A DNA stretch of 64,000 nt from Octopus sinensis. Its lineage: Eukaryota. The position numbers and the translations under genes were made by a program. This document shows, one piece after another, positions 1 to 11,430 of this stretch; positions within the stretch are counted from its first letter, which is position 1; every line of letters begins with the position of its first letter. The notes below the pieces were generated by a model. The model saw only the letters and a list, made by a program, of their open reading frames with translations. It had not been told where the DNA came from and did not search any database. The stretch covers positions 84,630,001 to 84,694,000 of the forward strand of contig NC_043002.1 of NCBI RefSeq assembly GCF_006345805.1, given 5' to 3'.

Positions 1-1062
1 GTCTAGGATTTTATTTCTACCTTTTGGTGGGGTGTAGTTGCTTTTATTTCTAGCTAGTGACTCATCCTCATTGTGCTGGTCGAATAGTTCCTCACTAAGT
101 TGCAATTTTCTACAAAATTCTGTAATGTCTTCCTTCATTTCGTAGTAGTTTGGACGTGGGGGGGGGTGAATTTAAGACCTTTGGAGAGTAAGTTGAGAAG
201 GTTGGGGTTGGGTTCTGTATTGGTTAAATTGATGACTTTAATTAGTTTCTGTTTCTCTTCCCTGTCCTGTGTTATTTTGTTTGCCTGTATCTGTGTGCTG
301 TGTCTAAAAAATGGTTGGGGTAGAGGGGTTGTCTGTTGGTGTTAAGAGGTCCTGTGTGTTTGTTATATTCCTTGTTGTGAAATATGGTTCGGGTTCGTGG
401 TTGTGGATAGAATGGGGTGTTCCTGTATTGCGGTGTTGGTGTGTGTTTCTTTGTGTCGTGATGGATTGTGGTGATATGAGTGGCCTACGTGGGTGCTTGT
501 ATCGAGTGGTATGGGCTTGTTGTGTATTGTGAGAGTTGAGAAAGTGAAAATTACCTTGTTGTCCCCTCGTGGTGTGGATGTTGTTGTGTCTATCCTGGTA
601 GTGGAATCCTCTTTTATTTGTTAATAAGGTATTCGAGTAGTTGTTGAGTTGTTGTGTATAGTGTCTCCTTGAAGGGGAAATTCGTTAATGTAATTCTGGT
701 GGTGAGGTTTTCCAGGGTTCTTGTTCCTCCTTATGGACGTGGGGTAAGAAGGTACATCTTCAATAGGCTGTTTCCTTCTTTTGTTCGAGGTTGGAGGGTT
801 GGCGGAGTAGTTGTGTGGTTGGGTTCCTGGTTTTCCCATTTTTATGAACGGGTTATTGGAAGAGTAATCCGTTTTGAAAGTCGATTCATAGTTTAGGAAC
901 CAGGCGGCACTTTTTTCCCAGCGTTGTAGGGATTTTAGTTCCTCTTTATTGCAGTCATCTTTCCATAACTTGGAGATCTTCTCTATGTGTAGGCTTTCGG
1001 CCTTGCTATTTATTACGAGGAGGATCTCTTCATCGATTGTTTTGACTCTTTCCTCAGATCCA
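1..1062 (-). mobile_element. Penelope-like element, N-terminal part of ORF (degenerate, continues off the window)
   Basis: The minus-strand translation near 240..1 gives KVINLTNTEPNPNLLNLLSKGLKFTP / EFCRKLQLSEELFDQHNEDESLARNKSNYTPPKGRNKILD. This matches the INLS..LSKGLxF.P and F.R.L.L.E.F...NKS.F.PP motifs that precede the RT in PLEs. There is one frameshift in a G/C run. Confidence 0.8.
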
Positions 1063-2240
1063 CAGATCCCAAATAAAAATACAGGAATACAGAAAAATAG
1101 CACTTAGTGCACATATTGATACCTGTGCCGCACAACTTCATCCCAATTTTAGAATCTTTCCCCTCTACAAATTTAAAGACAATGCCACTCATACCCAGCG
1201 AATAACCATGGAATCCCACCTTATTAATAAATACAGACCACTTCTAAACACATCCCCCTAACACGAACCCACAACAAACACACTTACAACCTGCACACAC
1301 CCTACACACACCTTTACCCAGATATTAACACCATGACACACGCAAATATATGGTTCCACACATACACATAATTTGATACGGGTGCAAAACATCCAACACT
1401 ATTTTTTTGAAATGACTGTAAATATTGACTTCACACAAACACGTTTCTTCCCGATACAGGCACAAGGCCAGCAGAACTATAAATATGAAAATTGTACCTA
1501 CACAACACGCACACATATATACACGCGCGCGCGCCCCAACATACATATAAACACACACACCACGCTTCGCGCGCGCGCGCGCGCACATACATACATATAG
1601 CCTTCCTGTCCTAAACGAACTTACTTATTCAGCTCAAATTCAGTCAAGCGGAAAATACACTCCTTAACTACGCGCTAAAAAGCTATTTAAAATATCCACA
1701 TGACGTCTACTGACCAGCCTGAACAATAAGAATTTTCAACAACGCTATTTTCGAAAACTCCATACACCACCCACACCAGAATTCATTCTAAACATTCACG
1801 TGACCTCTCTATTATGACCACATCCACGTGACCTCTTTATTATGACCAATAAGAAATTTTAGGCGCGACACTAGCCAAATTTTAACATCTTTGGAGCCTA
1901 TTTTCTTACCCCACACCACTTCCATTCAACATTCACGTGACCCCTTTAAAAATGACCAATCAAAATTGTATTGACCATTGTCCACTAGAAATTTTAGGCG
2001 CGAAAACCAAACAAATCTTAAACAACTCTGGGAGCCCTCTTTTTTCACATATAAGAGACAGCAAACCCAACATAAAGTCAGATAAGAGAAAAAAATCTAT
2101 CAGAAAGGAACTCTATCTCCTTTAAAAATATCTTTTGATAAGCATAAGAAATGCGCAACCGTAAAAAGAACTTTCACCTATTTAAATACACTCTCCCTTA
2201 CTTAAATTATTTTGTCAGCATTTTCTTCATTTCCTTTATA
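1063..2240 (+). mobile_element. Penelope-like element 3' end (GIY-YIG C-terminus plus pseudo-LTR), inverted relative to 1-1062
   Basis: 1068-1261 reads QIKIQEYRKIALSAHIDTCAAQLHPNFRIFPLYKFKDNATHTQRITMESHLINKYRPLLNTSP*. This is clearly homologous to the GIY-YIG tail at ~11500-11690 (-). The terminal motif aaattatttt..agcattttct near 2205 is shared with the PLE end at ~9130-9150 (-). Confidence 0.8.
2131..2169 (+). ncRNA. Degenerate minimal hammerhead-ribozyme-like motif (U3-A8 variant) in PLE pseudo-LTR
   Basis: Reads TTGATAA-GCAT-aagaa-ATGC-GcAA-C-c-GTA, with a perfect 4-bp stem II. A13 is replaced by C and stem I is out of register. Confidence 0.4.
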
Positions 2241-2431
2241 TATATATATATATCCAATAGTTTACAAACGGAACAGAATCCTCTTTAAGTCGATAAACGC
2301 CAGACATATATCTATACATCCACTAACGGTGGACAATATGGTCGCATGGCAAAATATAAAATAAAAACAAATTACAGAAAATGGTATTTTCCTGCTCATT
2401 GTCTGTGTTTGTTTGTATGCAAATTCAAATA

Positions 2432-2520
2432 CATGTATGTATGTATGTATGTATGTATGTATGGGTGGATGGATGGATGGATGGATGGATGGATGGATGG
2501 ATGGATGCATGCATGCATGT
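2432..2520. repeat. (TATG)n-(TGGA)n compound microsatellite
   Basis: Read directly from the sequence. Confidence 0.95.
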
Positions 2521-2996
2521 AAAAGAGACAAAGGCAGTATCAATACGGAGAGGTAATACTTATTCTCATTTAAACGTGGATGCTCTGATAGAAGAAACCT
2601 TACTGCAGAAGACACCAAGAGAGAAACTCTCATATAAGCCCTCGGTGCAGAATATACACTTTTTTGTTTATATCGTGAGCGCTATGACCACCAGTTCACG
2701 TGATTTCGACCTATCTTAGTTTTATCGGTGACGGACGTTCGGCCGCTAGATATAACAGCGACTCATCTTCTCGCTAGCGATATGCTGAAAATCCGTTCCT
2801 GAACAGGCACTGATATCACGATTAGCCAGTTAGCTTGTTAAAAGATATATATTAGCGATAGCTGCAGTATTAATATATATATTATTAACAATCTAACTAG
2901 CGACACCAGTCCGTGTTTAGGTATGGCTTTTTTTTTATATATCACTTGAAATACAGTACTGTGATTTCAAGGTTTTGACTCAGTCATTTCGTCTAT

Positions 2997-3500
2997 TTCA
3001 AACAGGTTGATTCTGGCAAAGCACCAGGTCAAGATAGCCTCCTAGTCAAACTGCTGAAAGTCGGAAGCGATAATTTAAAGGAAGCAATAAACAAAATAAA
3101 CAACTTCACTATTAATAGTTGGAACGGGACCCCGATTCCACAATATTGGACTAATGGAATTCTGTTATCGCTAGACGAAGGCAAAGGTGAAAAATTTTCG
3201 TGGCGACTATCATGGTATCACTCTTTTGGAAGCCGTTGGCATGGTATTTGCAATGCAAAACTTTTGCTTTGTAGACTGGAGGAAGATATCTGTCTTGTAG
3301 TTACCCCAGAATCACAGAGTAGTGTCTTTTAGACGAAAATAGGACAGCTAGTATGACTAATACAAGAAAAGACAATGCCAGAAAAATGCATCGAGTAGCG
3401 TATCATTCGACATCAAGTATTTGGCAATTTTTTCCACTCAAGACGCTACACAATGCCATTGGAGAGGACAAAAACCATTGGCAGGTTTGTTATCACATAT
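2997..3500 (+). mobile_element. RTE-clade LINE reverse transcriptase fragment (degenerate)
   Basis: Translates with frameshifts to SGKAPGQDSLLVKLLKVG..WNGTPIPQYW..KGKGEK..GDYHGITLLEAVG..LLCRLEE..PESQS, the typical start of an RTE RT (KAPGxD, NYRGITLL, PESQCGFR). Confidence 0.75.
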
Positions 3501-3529
3501 CCTGGATGTCTGACACCCCCCATCAAGAC

Positions 3530-3751
3530 CTATTTCTTTACTACCCACAAGGGGCAAAACTCAGAGAGGACAAACAAGGACAGACAAACGGATTAAGTCG
3601 ATTACATCGACCCCAGTGCGCAACTGGTACTTATTTAATTGACCCCGAAAGGATGAAAGGCAATGTCGACCTCGGCGGAATTTGAACTCAGAACGTAGCG
3701 GCAGACGAAATACGGCTACGCATTTCGCCCGGCGTGCTAACGTTTCTGCCA
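3530..3751 (-). mobile_element. tRNA-derived SINE, family A
   Basis: Reverse complement of ggcagaaacgttagcacgccgggcgaaatgc..gagttcaaattccgccgaggtcgac..cctttcatcctttcggggtc..aagtaccag. Nearly identical to the copy at 12774-12995. Confidence 0.9.
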
Positions 3752-4160
3752 CCCTATCATACCAGCTAGCCATCATTCTGCCAAGGTTAAATGCATTTAA
3801 GTATATCTAACAGAAAATTTATCCGAATGTCCCGCTCTAACCGATTCACTCTAGTTTCTCTCTCTTTCCTTCAGCATACCTAAACTTGATGCTTGACATA
3901 ACAGACTCTTAATGTAACTTTAGAAGAACAACGAGTAGTCACTGATATCGTGTAGTCCAGGTACTTTACTGATACCTGACCGGCAATTACTGAAACCCAC
4001 TGGCAGACGTGATATCCAGTACGGGGGTTCGTCTTTCTCTTATTCCCCTCTACCTAGCTTACGGTGCATTGTTAGCAGACACCCGAGATGAAAACGACAC
4101 GGCATACATACATACATGCATACACACATTTATACATACATATATATATATATACAATAT

Positions 4161-4483
4161 GTGGAGGCGCAATGGCCCAGTGGTTAGGGCAGCGGACTCG
4201 CGGTCGTAGGATCGTGGCTTCGATTCCCAGACCGGGCGTTGTGAGTGTTTATTGAGCGAAAACACCTAAAGCTCCACGAGACTCCAGCGGGGTGGTGGTG
4301 GCGATCCCTGCTGTACTCTTTCGCCACAACTTTCTCTCACTCTTTCTACTGTTGGCCTGCTCGCTTAGCCAGCAGGGTGGCGTCATTTGAAGGCCAAAAC
4401 AATGCGAAGCGCATTGTGTAACAACATGTGTAACGATGTGTAACAACATCTGATAGCCTGGTCGGTCACGGTAATCACGGTGA
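4161..4483 (+). mobile_element. tRNA-derived SINE, family B, tail type i
   Basis: Head ggaggcgcaatggcccagtggttagggcagcgg (A box) and ggcttcgattccc (B-box-like). TSD tatatacaatat at 4149-4160 and 4484-4495. Confidence 0.9.
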
Positions 4484-4488
4484 TATAT

Positions 4489-4530
<42 letters not shown>

Positions 4531-5959
4531 TATAATACCTATATATATACGCCCACACATATACATATATATATACATACACACATGTATGTGTGTATAT
4601 ATGTATATGCTTATGTACACTATATGTTTATATGTGTGTGCGTGCGTATACACACATATATATTTATATATTTCTATTCTACTTGGTTCTTTTCCTCTTT
4701 TCCTCCCTCCCCCAGGACATACAATTCCTTCTGTGTTCTGCTTTGTTAGAACCAGAAATGGTTCCGACGAAAGAAGCATTAATATTTTTAGGTCGTTCAG
4801 TTTTTCTCAACTGTTCAATTATATAGCTGGTCGGTAACACTTTCGCTTAATTAGAAAAAATGAGGGAGAGAGAAAAATGGGAGGAAAAAAGAGGGAGAAA
4901 AAAGAGGGAGAAAAAGAGGGAGAAAATAGAGGTAGGAGGAAAAAAGAGGGAGTCAGAAGCGTTTATGACATGAGATAGAAGGAATATAATTGTAACGTCT
5001 CCATGCGATTAGTTGAAGGGAAAGAGAGGAGAAAGAAAAAGGAGAAAGAGAAAGTGGATAAGGCGAAGAGTGAGACAGTAAGGGAGAAAGAAAAAGAGTG
5101 AGAAAAAGATGGAGAGAGAAAAAGAGGGAGAGAGAAGCGTCCATGACGTGAGGTAGGGGGAACGTAATATTTATTACATAGTTAAAAAAGTTACTTGAAG
5201 GTAGTGATGATATAGAAGAGGAGAGTTAAGAATATAATTTTAGCAGAGGAGTGATGTTTTAAAAAAAGCAGAGAGAGAGAGGGGGGAGAGAAAGAAAGAG
5301 CGTGAGTGAGAGAGAAACAGACAGACAGAGAGGAGGAGAGAGAGAGGAGAAAGAGAGAGAGATACAGAAAGGAGGGAGAAAGAGATGATGATGGTGGTGG
5401 TGGTAGAGATGGTGGTGGTGGTGGTGGTAGAGATGGTGGTGGTGGTGGTGGTGGAGGTGGAGGTGGTGATTGGAAGTGTATTTTTAATTGAACTAAGTTT
5501 TTTATATCACCTATCACTTAACGCATGCGCATATGTGCAATTCTGTGAAATATTCACGCTTATTTACGTGGAAGATATATGCAATTTAACTAAAGGTTGT
5601 ATCATATGTACAGGATATTTTATGCATCAGTTATAAAAGTAAAATGAACTGTGTGAATTATTTTTAATGAAAACCAGAATGGTGCGCGACTTCTGGGACA
5701 CTCTGTATATCTATATATACAGACAAATACTAAAATAAGCGTTGACTCCAGATGGCAAGAGGGAACGATGACTTTGAATACCGAAGACTATACAGGGTAT
5801 CACCCGAAACAGAAACATCGCATTCTTGAAACTCTTGCTATAATTCGGGGATCCGTAGCGTAATTTCTATTTCATCATTGACTTCATATTACACGGAAGT
5901 CAATGAACATGGAAATCAAAGAGAAAATAAGTTTCCCGTTTACGAATTTTAACGTACAA

Positions 5960-6389
5960 CTCAAAGTGAAAAAAAAATGTTTTGGAATGGTTTGACTCAC
6001 TAGAGTTCCAACTAATCAAAAGTAGGTCTTTACCTTTTGCTACGCTGCCGGTAAAACTATTTGTTAATCATGCACGTACCTCTTTTAATAGTAGACTGTT
6101 ATAAAATGTAAGTCTCGCTAGTTACTATGGTGACAACACTACCTATCTATCTTTCTTTCACATACACACACACACACACGCGCGTGCGCACACACAAGCT
6201 TTCTCTCTCTCTTTCTATCTCACACACGCTGTATTTCTCTCTTGACAACAACAACTTTTTGGCCTCACCGTCGACTGAAAATATATGGTGAAGTATATAT
6301 TTTTGATTCTTCCCCTTCTTTCCCTCCGTCTAGTAGGTGTTGTAACGGACAAACAGACGGAGATCCGCTTCTCTTTTGTAATATATGAT
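5960..6389 (-). mobile_element. Probable non-autonomous Helitron 5' portion
   Basis: The minus strand begins atcatatattacaaaagagaagcggatctccgtctgtttgtcc, resembling the A|TC..TATATTA start of Helitron1-type elements. The 3' end was not found. Confidence 0.4.
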
Positions 6390-6924
6390 ATGATTGGAAG
6401 CAGCCGCGAGAGGAAGGATAATCTATTCTATGGTAAATAGGGTAACAGCTCCGGACGCATTTCAGTATTATTAGACCATGTCAGCCATATGTACATATGT
6501 CACGAATCTCTTAGCATTATTGGTAACATGTAACCCAGTTCAATGCGCCACACGGTCAGGCCGTCGGAGACTAAATTGGCACCCCTATCAAGTCTGCTTG
6601 GTAAAGAGGAGGGTGGTTTTCGTAGGATATCCTACGCTGCAGAACAAAGACAAAACCTGTTAAAGGGTGGAGGAAATCAGTAGAGTCAACGGCCATTCAA
6701 CACTGGGAGTAAGAGATCCCAAGCTTTTGTTTAGGCATCTTTGTAGGAGAGCTCTAATGTAATAACTGCGACTTCATTTGCATCTAATGATGTTCTTCTT
6801 GTGAGGAAAATTCATGCGCTGTTTAGGGAGTGTGTTTGGCTCTGTGCAAGGCTTTTCCTCAGCTTCTAGTACAGGCATCACTTGACTTTTTAACATATCT
6901 ATTATCCATTTCTACGCTTTGAGT

Positions 6925-7062
6925 ACAAATTCCGCCGAGGTCGACTTTGTCTTTCATCCTTTCAGGGTCGATAAAATAAGCACTAGTTGAGCACTAGGCT
7001 CGATTTAATCAACTTACCCCTTCTCAAAGTTACTGGTTTTGTGCCAAAATTTGAAACCAATA
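6925..7062 (+). mobile_element. SINE family A, 5'-truncated
   Basis: Contains caaattccgccgaggtcgactttgtctttcatcctttcagggtcgataaaataagcac. Confidence 0.85.
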
Positions 7063-7511
7063 TACCATCGATTACCCATGGCTGGCTGTAGTCGAGGAAG
7101 GCAAAATACTCAATGAAAACTTTCACAATGGGCTGAAGGCACGTATCAGTATGACTGATAAGCTCTTTTAATACTTGTTGCAAGAATCATGTGGTTGGGA
7201 AGCAGACTACTTACTACACATCCATGCCTGCGCCTTCCACGTGTATGTATGCATGTGTATGTATGTATGTATGTATGTATGTATGTATGTATGTATGTAT
7301 GTATGTATGTAGTATGTATGTAATGTATGTATGTATGTATGTATCTCTCACTTTCCCTCTGTATATTATATATATGTATATATCTATATCTATATTATAT
7401 ACATATATATATACATATATATATATACATATATATATATATACATATATACACACACAACACACACACACCACACACACCACACACATATAATATAATA
7501 TATATATTATA

Positions 7512-7542
<31 letters not shown>

Positions 7543-8486
7543 TCAGAGTATGCATATATACTGGCGTGACGACACAGCATAAAGATAAAGCTTGAGGTAA
7601 ATATCACAGGGGTATCATTTGGATGAAAAATAAAGTTGTTGTTAATAAAATGCATAGTTAGGTTGTTGTTGTTTTTGTTGTTGTTGTTGTTGTTGCTGTT
7701 ATTGTTTATCCCCAAGGCGACTAAGAGTGAATAAATATGATGAAAAGTATCTCATCTCTTATTGGTTTAACTCTCAGTTGTAGTGGAGTGCCTCCAGACG
7801 ATATCAGCCCATGGATTCTGTACTTTAAGAAACTTGTCCAGGAGTTATATCTAGCAGAACAAAGGCCCCTGTGGGCTTACATATAAAGATAGAGATATTT
7901 GGATGATGTCTTTGAACTGTTTCATTTCTAAACGTTTCTATTTTCCTATATTAATATCCGTATAGTCTTGTACATAACATTGTTATCTTTCGCAAATAAT
8001 TACTGTTCACATTTCCACATCACATTAATTATGTTAATTAACAATTATCGTTGATTGATATTGTATTTTCATCGCATAATTACTTCTAATTCACTTTTTA
8101 ATGGGTCCGCATTAGATATGCTAACTCTAACTTAACTATTAATTTTTCATGCGAATAATCTGAGTAATTTGTCAACGTAATTTATTTTTTGAAATATAGT
8201 TATTTTTAAGGAACAGTCTGGAAGTAGCGGGTTAGTACTGTGTGTTGAGAGAAATGGGTGGAGAATTAGTAAGTGCGGGGATTGGGCACACGTTTGGAGT
8301 GTGAGAAAAGGTAATAAGATGTTTCGGGTGGACTTGGGTCGGATTGGGTGGAGGAGATATACAACTGTCTAGTTCAGAAGTAGTAACGATATAATGAGCT
8401 GAGAGTGACTGAATGTATAGCTGAGGACATGTCTGAGAGAGCCATCCCAAACAGTAGAGATTACATACATATACACATATATATAT

Positions 8487-8760
8487 GTGAGTGGATTTGG
8501 TAGAGGGAAACTGAAAGAAGCCCGTCGTATATATGTATATATATGTGTGTTTGTGTGTCTGTACTTGTCCCCCCAAAATCGCTTGACAACCGATGTTGGT
8601 GTGTTTACGTCCCCGTAACTTAGCGGTTCGGCAAAAGAGACCGATAGAATAAGTACTGGGCTTACAAAGAATAAGTCCTGGGGACGATTTGCTCGACTAA
8701 AGGTGGTGCTCCAGCATGGCCACAGTCAACTGACTGAAACAAGTAAATAAGTAAAGAGTA
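8487..8760 (+). mobile_element. SINE family C, 3' part
   Basis: tgtgagtggatttggtagagggaaactgaaagaagcccgtcg..cggttcggcaaaagagaccgatagaataagtac matches the full copy at 63552-63965. Confidence 0.9.
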
Positions 8761-8799
8761 TATATTAAATATATATACACAACACACACACACACAAAT

Positions 8800-8880
<81 letters not shown>

Positions 8881-8888
8881 TATATATA

Positions 8889-9065
8889 GGGTGGCTGTGT
8901 GGTAAGTAGCTTGCTTACCAACCACATGGTTCTGGGTTCAGTCCCTCTGTGCGGCACTTTGGGCAAGTGTCTTCTACTATAGCCTCGGGCCGACCAAAGC
9001 GTTGTTATAAGAAAACGGCGGTGCATCCGTATGGCCGCAGCTCTGAGCTGAAACTACAGAAAAAA
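8889..9065 (+). mobile_element. SINE family C, internally deleted
   Basis: Head gtggctgtgtggtaagtagc..gggttcagtccc..gaccaaagc, then a jump to the tail-like ggcggtgc..atggccgcag..ctgaaac. Confidence 0.8.
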
Positions 9066-9168
9066 AAATATATGTAGAAGGTTGAAAAATAACACACGAG
9101 TTGATATGTATAAGGAAAACAGGACAAGGTAGAAAATGCTAAAATAATTTCATCATGAAGAACATTTT

Positions 9169-9201
9169 TAGTACCGACTTCAGTCTTTGCGACTTTTTCA
9201 A
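9169..9201 (-). ncRNA. Degenerate minimal hammerhead-ribozyme-like motif (U3-A8 variant) in PLE pseudo-LTR
   Basis: Minus strand reads TTGAAAA-AGTC-gcaaa-GACT-GAA-GT-cggt-AC-TA, with a perfect 4-bp stem II. GAAA lacks one A and stem I is weak. Confidence 0.45.
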
Positions 9202-9424
9202 ATTAGAGTAAAGCATGAAAAACAATTAAATCGTGGAAAAATGAAATGAAATGTTTTTTAAAAATATTTCCATAGTTTTCAAATACATGGGACACTTTCC
9301 ATTTTTCTGTCTCTCTCTTTTACTTTTGTGAAGGCTCGGCAGGTAGGTAGTGGCAGGTCTGAAGGAATATTTAATATGAGGAATGTGGGTTCTTGATTTT
9401 GCTTGTTTAAGCAACAGTAGCCGA

Positions 9425-10930
9425 GGAAGGAGACGGCGAAGAGAAGAAGAAGAAGAAGAAGAAGAAGAAAGAAGAAGAAGAAGAAGAAGAAAGAAGAAGA
9501 AGAAGAAGAAAACGCAGCGAGAAGAAGCGAAGAAGAAGAAGAAAGGAGAGGCGAAGAAGAAGAAGAAGAAGAAGAAGAAAGAAGAAGAAGAAGACGGCGA
9601 AGACTAAGAAGACGAGAAGAAGAGAAGAAGACAGAAGACGAGGCGAAGACGAGAAGACTAAGAATAAGAAGAAGAAAGAAGAAGAAGAAGAAGAAGAAGA
9701 AGAAGAAGAAGAAGAAGAAGAAGAAGAAGAAGAAGAGACGTGAAGAAGACGACCGGCGAGACGACGAAGACGAAGAAACGAAACGAAGAAGACGAACGAA
9801 TAAGAGAAGAGAAGAAGAAGAAGAAGAAGAAGAAGAAGAAGACGAAAAAGAAGAAAAGAAGAAGGAACGGCGAAGAGAAGAAGAACGGCGAAGAAGAAGA
9901 AGGAACGGCGAAGAAGAAGAAGGTGACGGCGAGACGAAGACGAAGAAGACACGAGACGACGAAGACGAAGAAACGAAGAAAACGAAGAAGACGAAGAAGA
10001 GAAGACGAAGAAAAAGAAGAAGAAGAAGAAGAGAAAAGAATAAGAATAAGAATAAGAAGAAGAAAGAAGAAGAAGAAAGAAGAAGAAGACGGACGGCGAA
10101 GAAGAACGGCGAAGACGACGAACGAAGAAGACGAAGACGAAAAGACGAATACGAAGAAGAAGAAGAAGAAGAAGAAGAGAAGAAGAAGGGAACGGCGAAG
10201 AAGAAGAAGGTGACGGCGAAGACGAAGACGAAGAAGACGACGAAGACGACGAAGACGAAGAAAACGAAGAAAACGAAGAAGACGAAGAAGAAGAAGACGA
10301 AGAAAAAGAAGAAGAAGAAGAAGAAGAAAAAGAAAAGAAGAAGAAGAAGAAGAAGAAGAAGAAGAAGAAGAAGAAGAAGAAGAAGAAGGAGACGGCGAAG
10401 AAGAAGACGGCGAAGACGACGAAGACGAAGAAGACGAAGACGAAGAAGACGAAGACGAAGAAGAAGAAGAAGAAGAAGAAGAAGAAGAAGAAGAAGAAGA
10501 AGGGAACGGCGAAGAAGAAGAAGGTGACGGCGAGACACAGAACGAAGAAGACACGAAGACGACGAAGACGAAGAAAACAAGAAAACGAAGAAATACAAGA
10601 AGAAGAATACGAAAAAAGCAGAAGAAAAGAAGAAGAGAAGAAGAAGAAGAAGAAGGAGACGGCGAGAAGAAGTACGGCGATGACGACGAAGAAGACGAAG
10701 AAGACGAAGACTAGAAGACGAAGAATAAGAAGAAAGAAAAGAAAAGAAGAGAAGAAGAATAAGAGGGAACGGCGGAACGAAGAAGGTGACGACGCGAAGA
10801 CAAGACGAAGAAGACGACGAAGACGACGAAGACGACGAAGACGAAGAAAACGAAGAAAACGAAGAAGAAGAAGAAGAAGAAGAAGAAGAAGAAGAAGAAG
10901 AAGAAGAAGAAGAAGAAGAAGAAGAGAAAA
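9425..10930. repeat. ~1.5 kb (GAA)n/(GAC)n polypurine repeat with higher-order units
   Basis: Read directly from the sequence. The motif ggaacggcgaagaagaagaaggtgacggcga recurs at ~9902, 10189 and 10503, with a variant at ~10766. Confidence 0.95.
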
Positions 10931-11039
10931 ATACGGAAGTGGTATGACAGTAGTAGGTTGTTGGTGAAGTGCTCTTAAATGGTGATCTAAAAGAGACTTG
11001 TGGTTATAGTAGTAGTGATTGGAATTGTTCTGTTCTGAA

Positions 11040-11430
11040 CGCAATGGAGGCGCAATGGCCCAGTGGTTAGGGCAGCGGACTCGCGGTCATAGGATCGCGG
11101 TTTCGATTCCCAGACCGGGCGTTGTGAGTGTTTATTGAGCGAAAACACCTAAAAGCTCTACGAGACTCCGGCAGGGGATGATGGTGATCCCTGCTGTACT
11201 TTTTCACCACAACTTTCTCTCACTCTTACTTCCTGTTTCTGTTGTACCTGTATTTCAAAGGGCCGGCCTTGTCACTCTCTGTGTCACGCTGAATATCCCC
11301 AAGAACTACGTTAAGGGTACACGTGTCTGTGGAGTGCTCAGCCACTTACACGTTAATTTCACGAGCAGGCTGTTCCGTGGATTCCGATCAACCGGAACCC
11401 TCGTCGTCGTAACCGACGGAGTGCTTCCAC
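11040..11430 (+). mobile_element. SINE family B, tail type ii, full length
   Basis: Complete head and tail. TSD tctgttctgaa at 11029-11039 and 11431-11441. Confidence 0.92.

Noticed and set aside
3860-3965. Polypyrimidine-AG followed by a GT as a possible exon
   Set aside because: All three frames contain stops.
4163-4235. tRNA genes
   Set aside because: The A/B boxes belong to SINE heads. They continue into SINE bodies with TSDs and do not form full cloverleaves.
7780-7930. RYLDDVF motif suggesting a PLE RT
   Set aside because: The surrounding frame has stops and only vague similarity, and a single short motif is insufficient.
8487-9000. Apparent circular permutation of SINE C (3' half before 5' half)
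   Set aside because: A SINE-tail-like segment follows at ~9015-9065, so two separate incomplete copies explain it more simply.
9279-11044. Long ORFs of 298-545 aa
   Set aside because: They are translations of the GAA/GAC repeat in stop-free frames and have no protein complexity.
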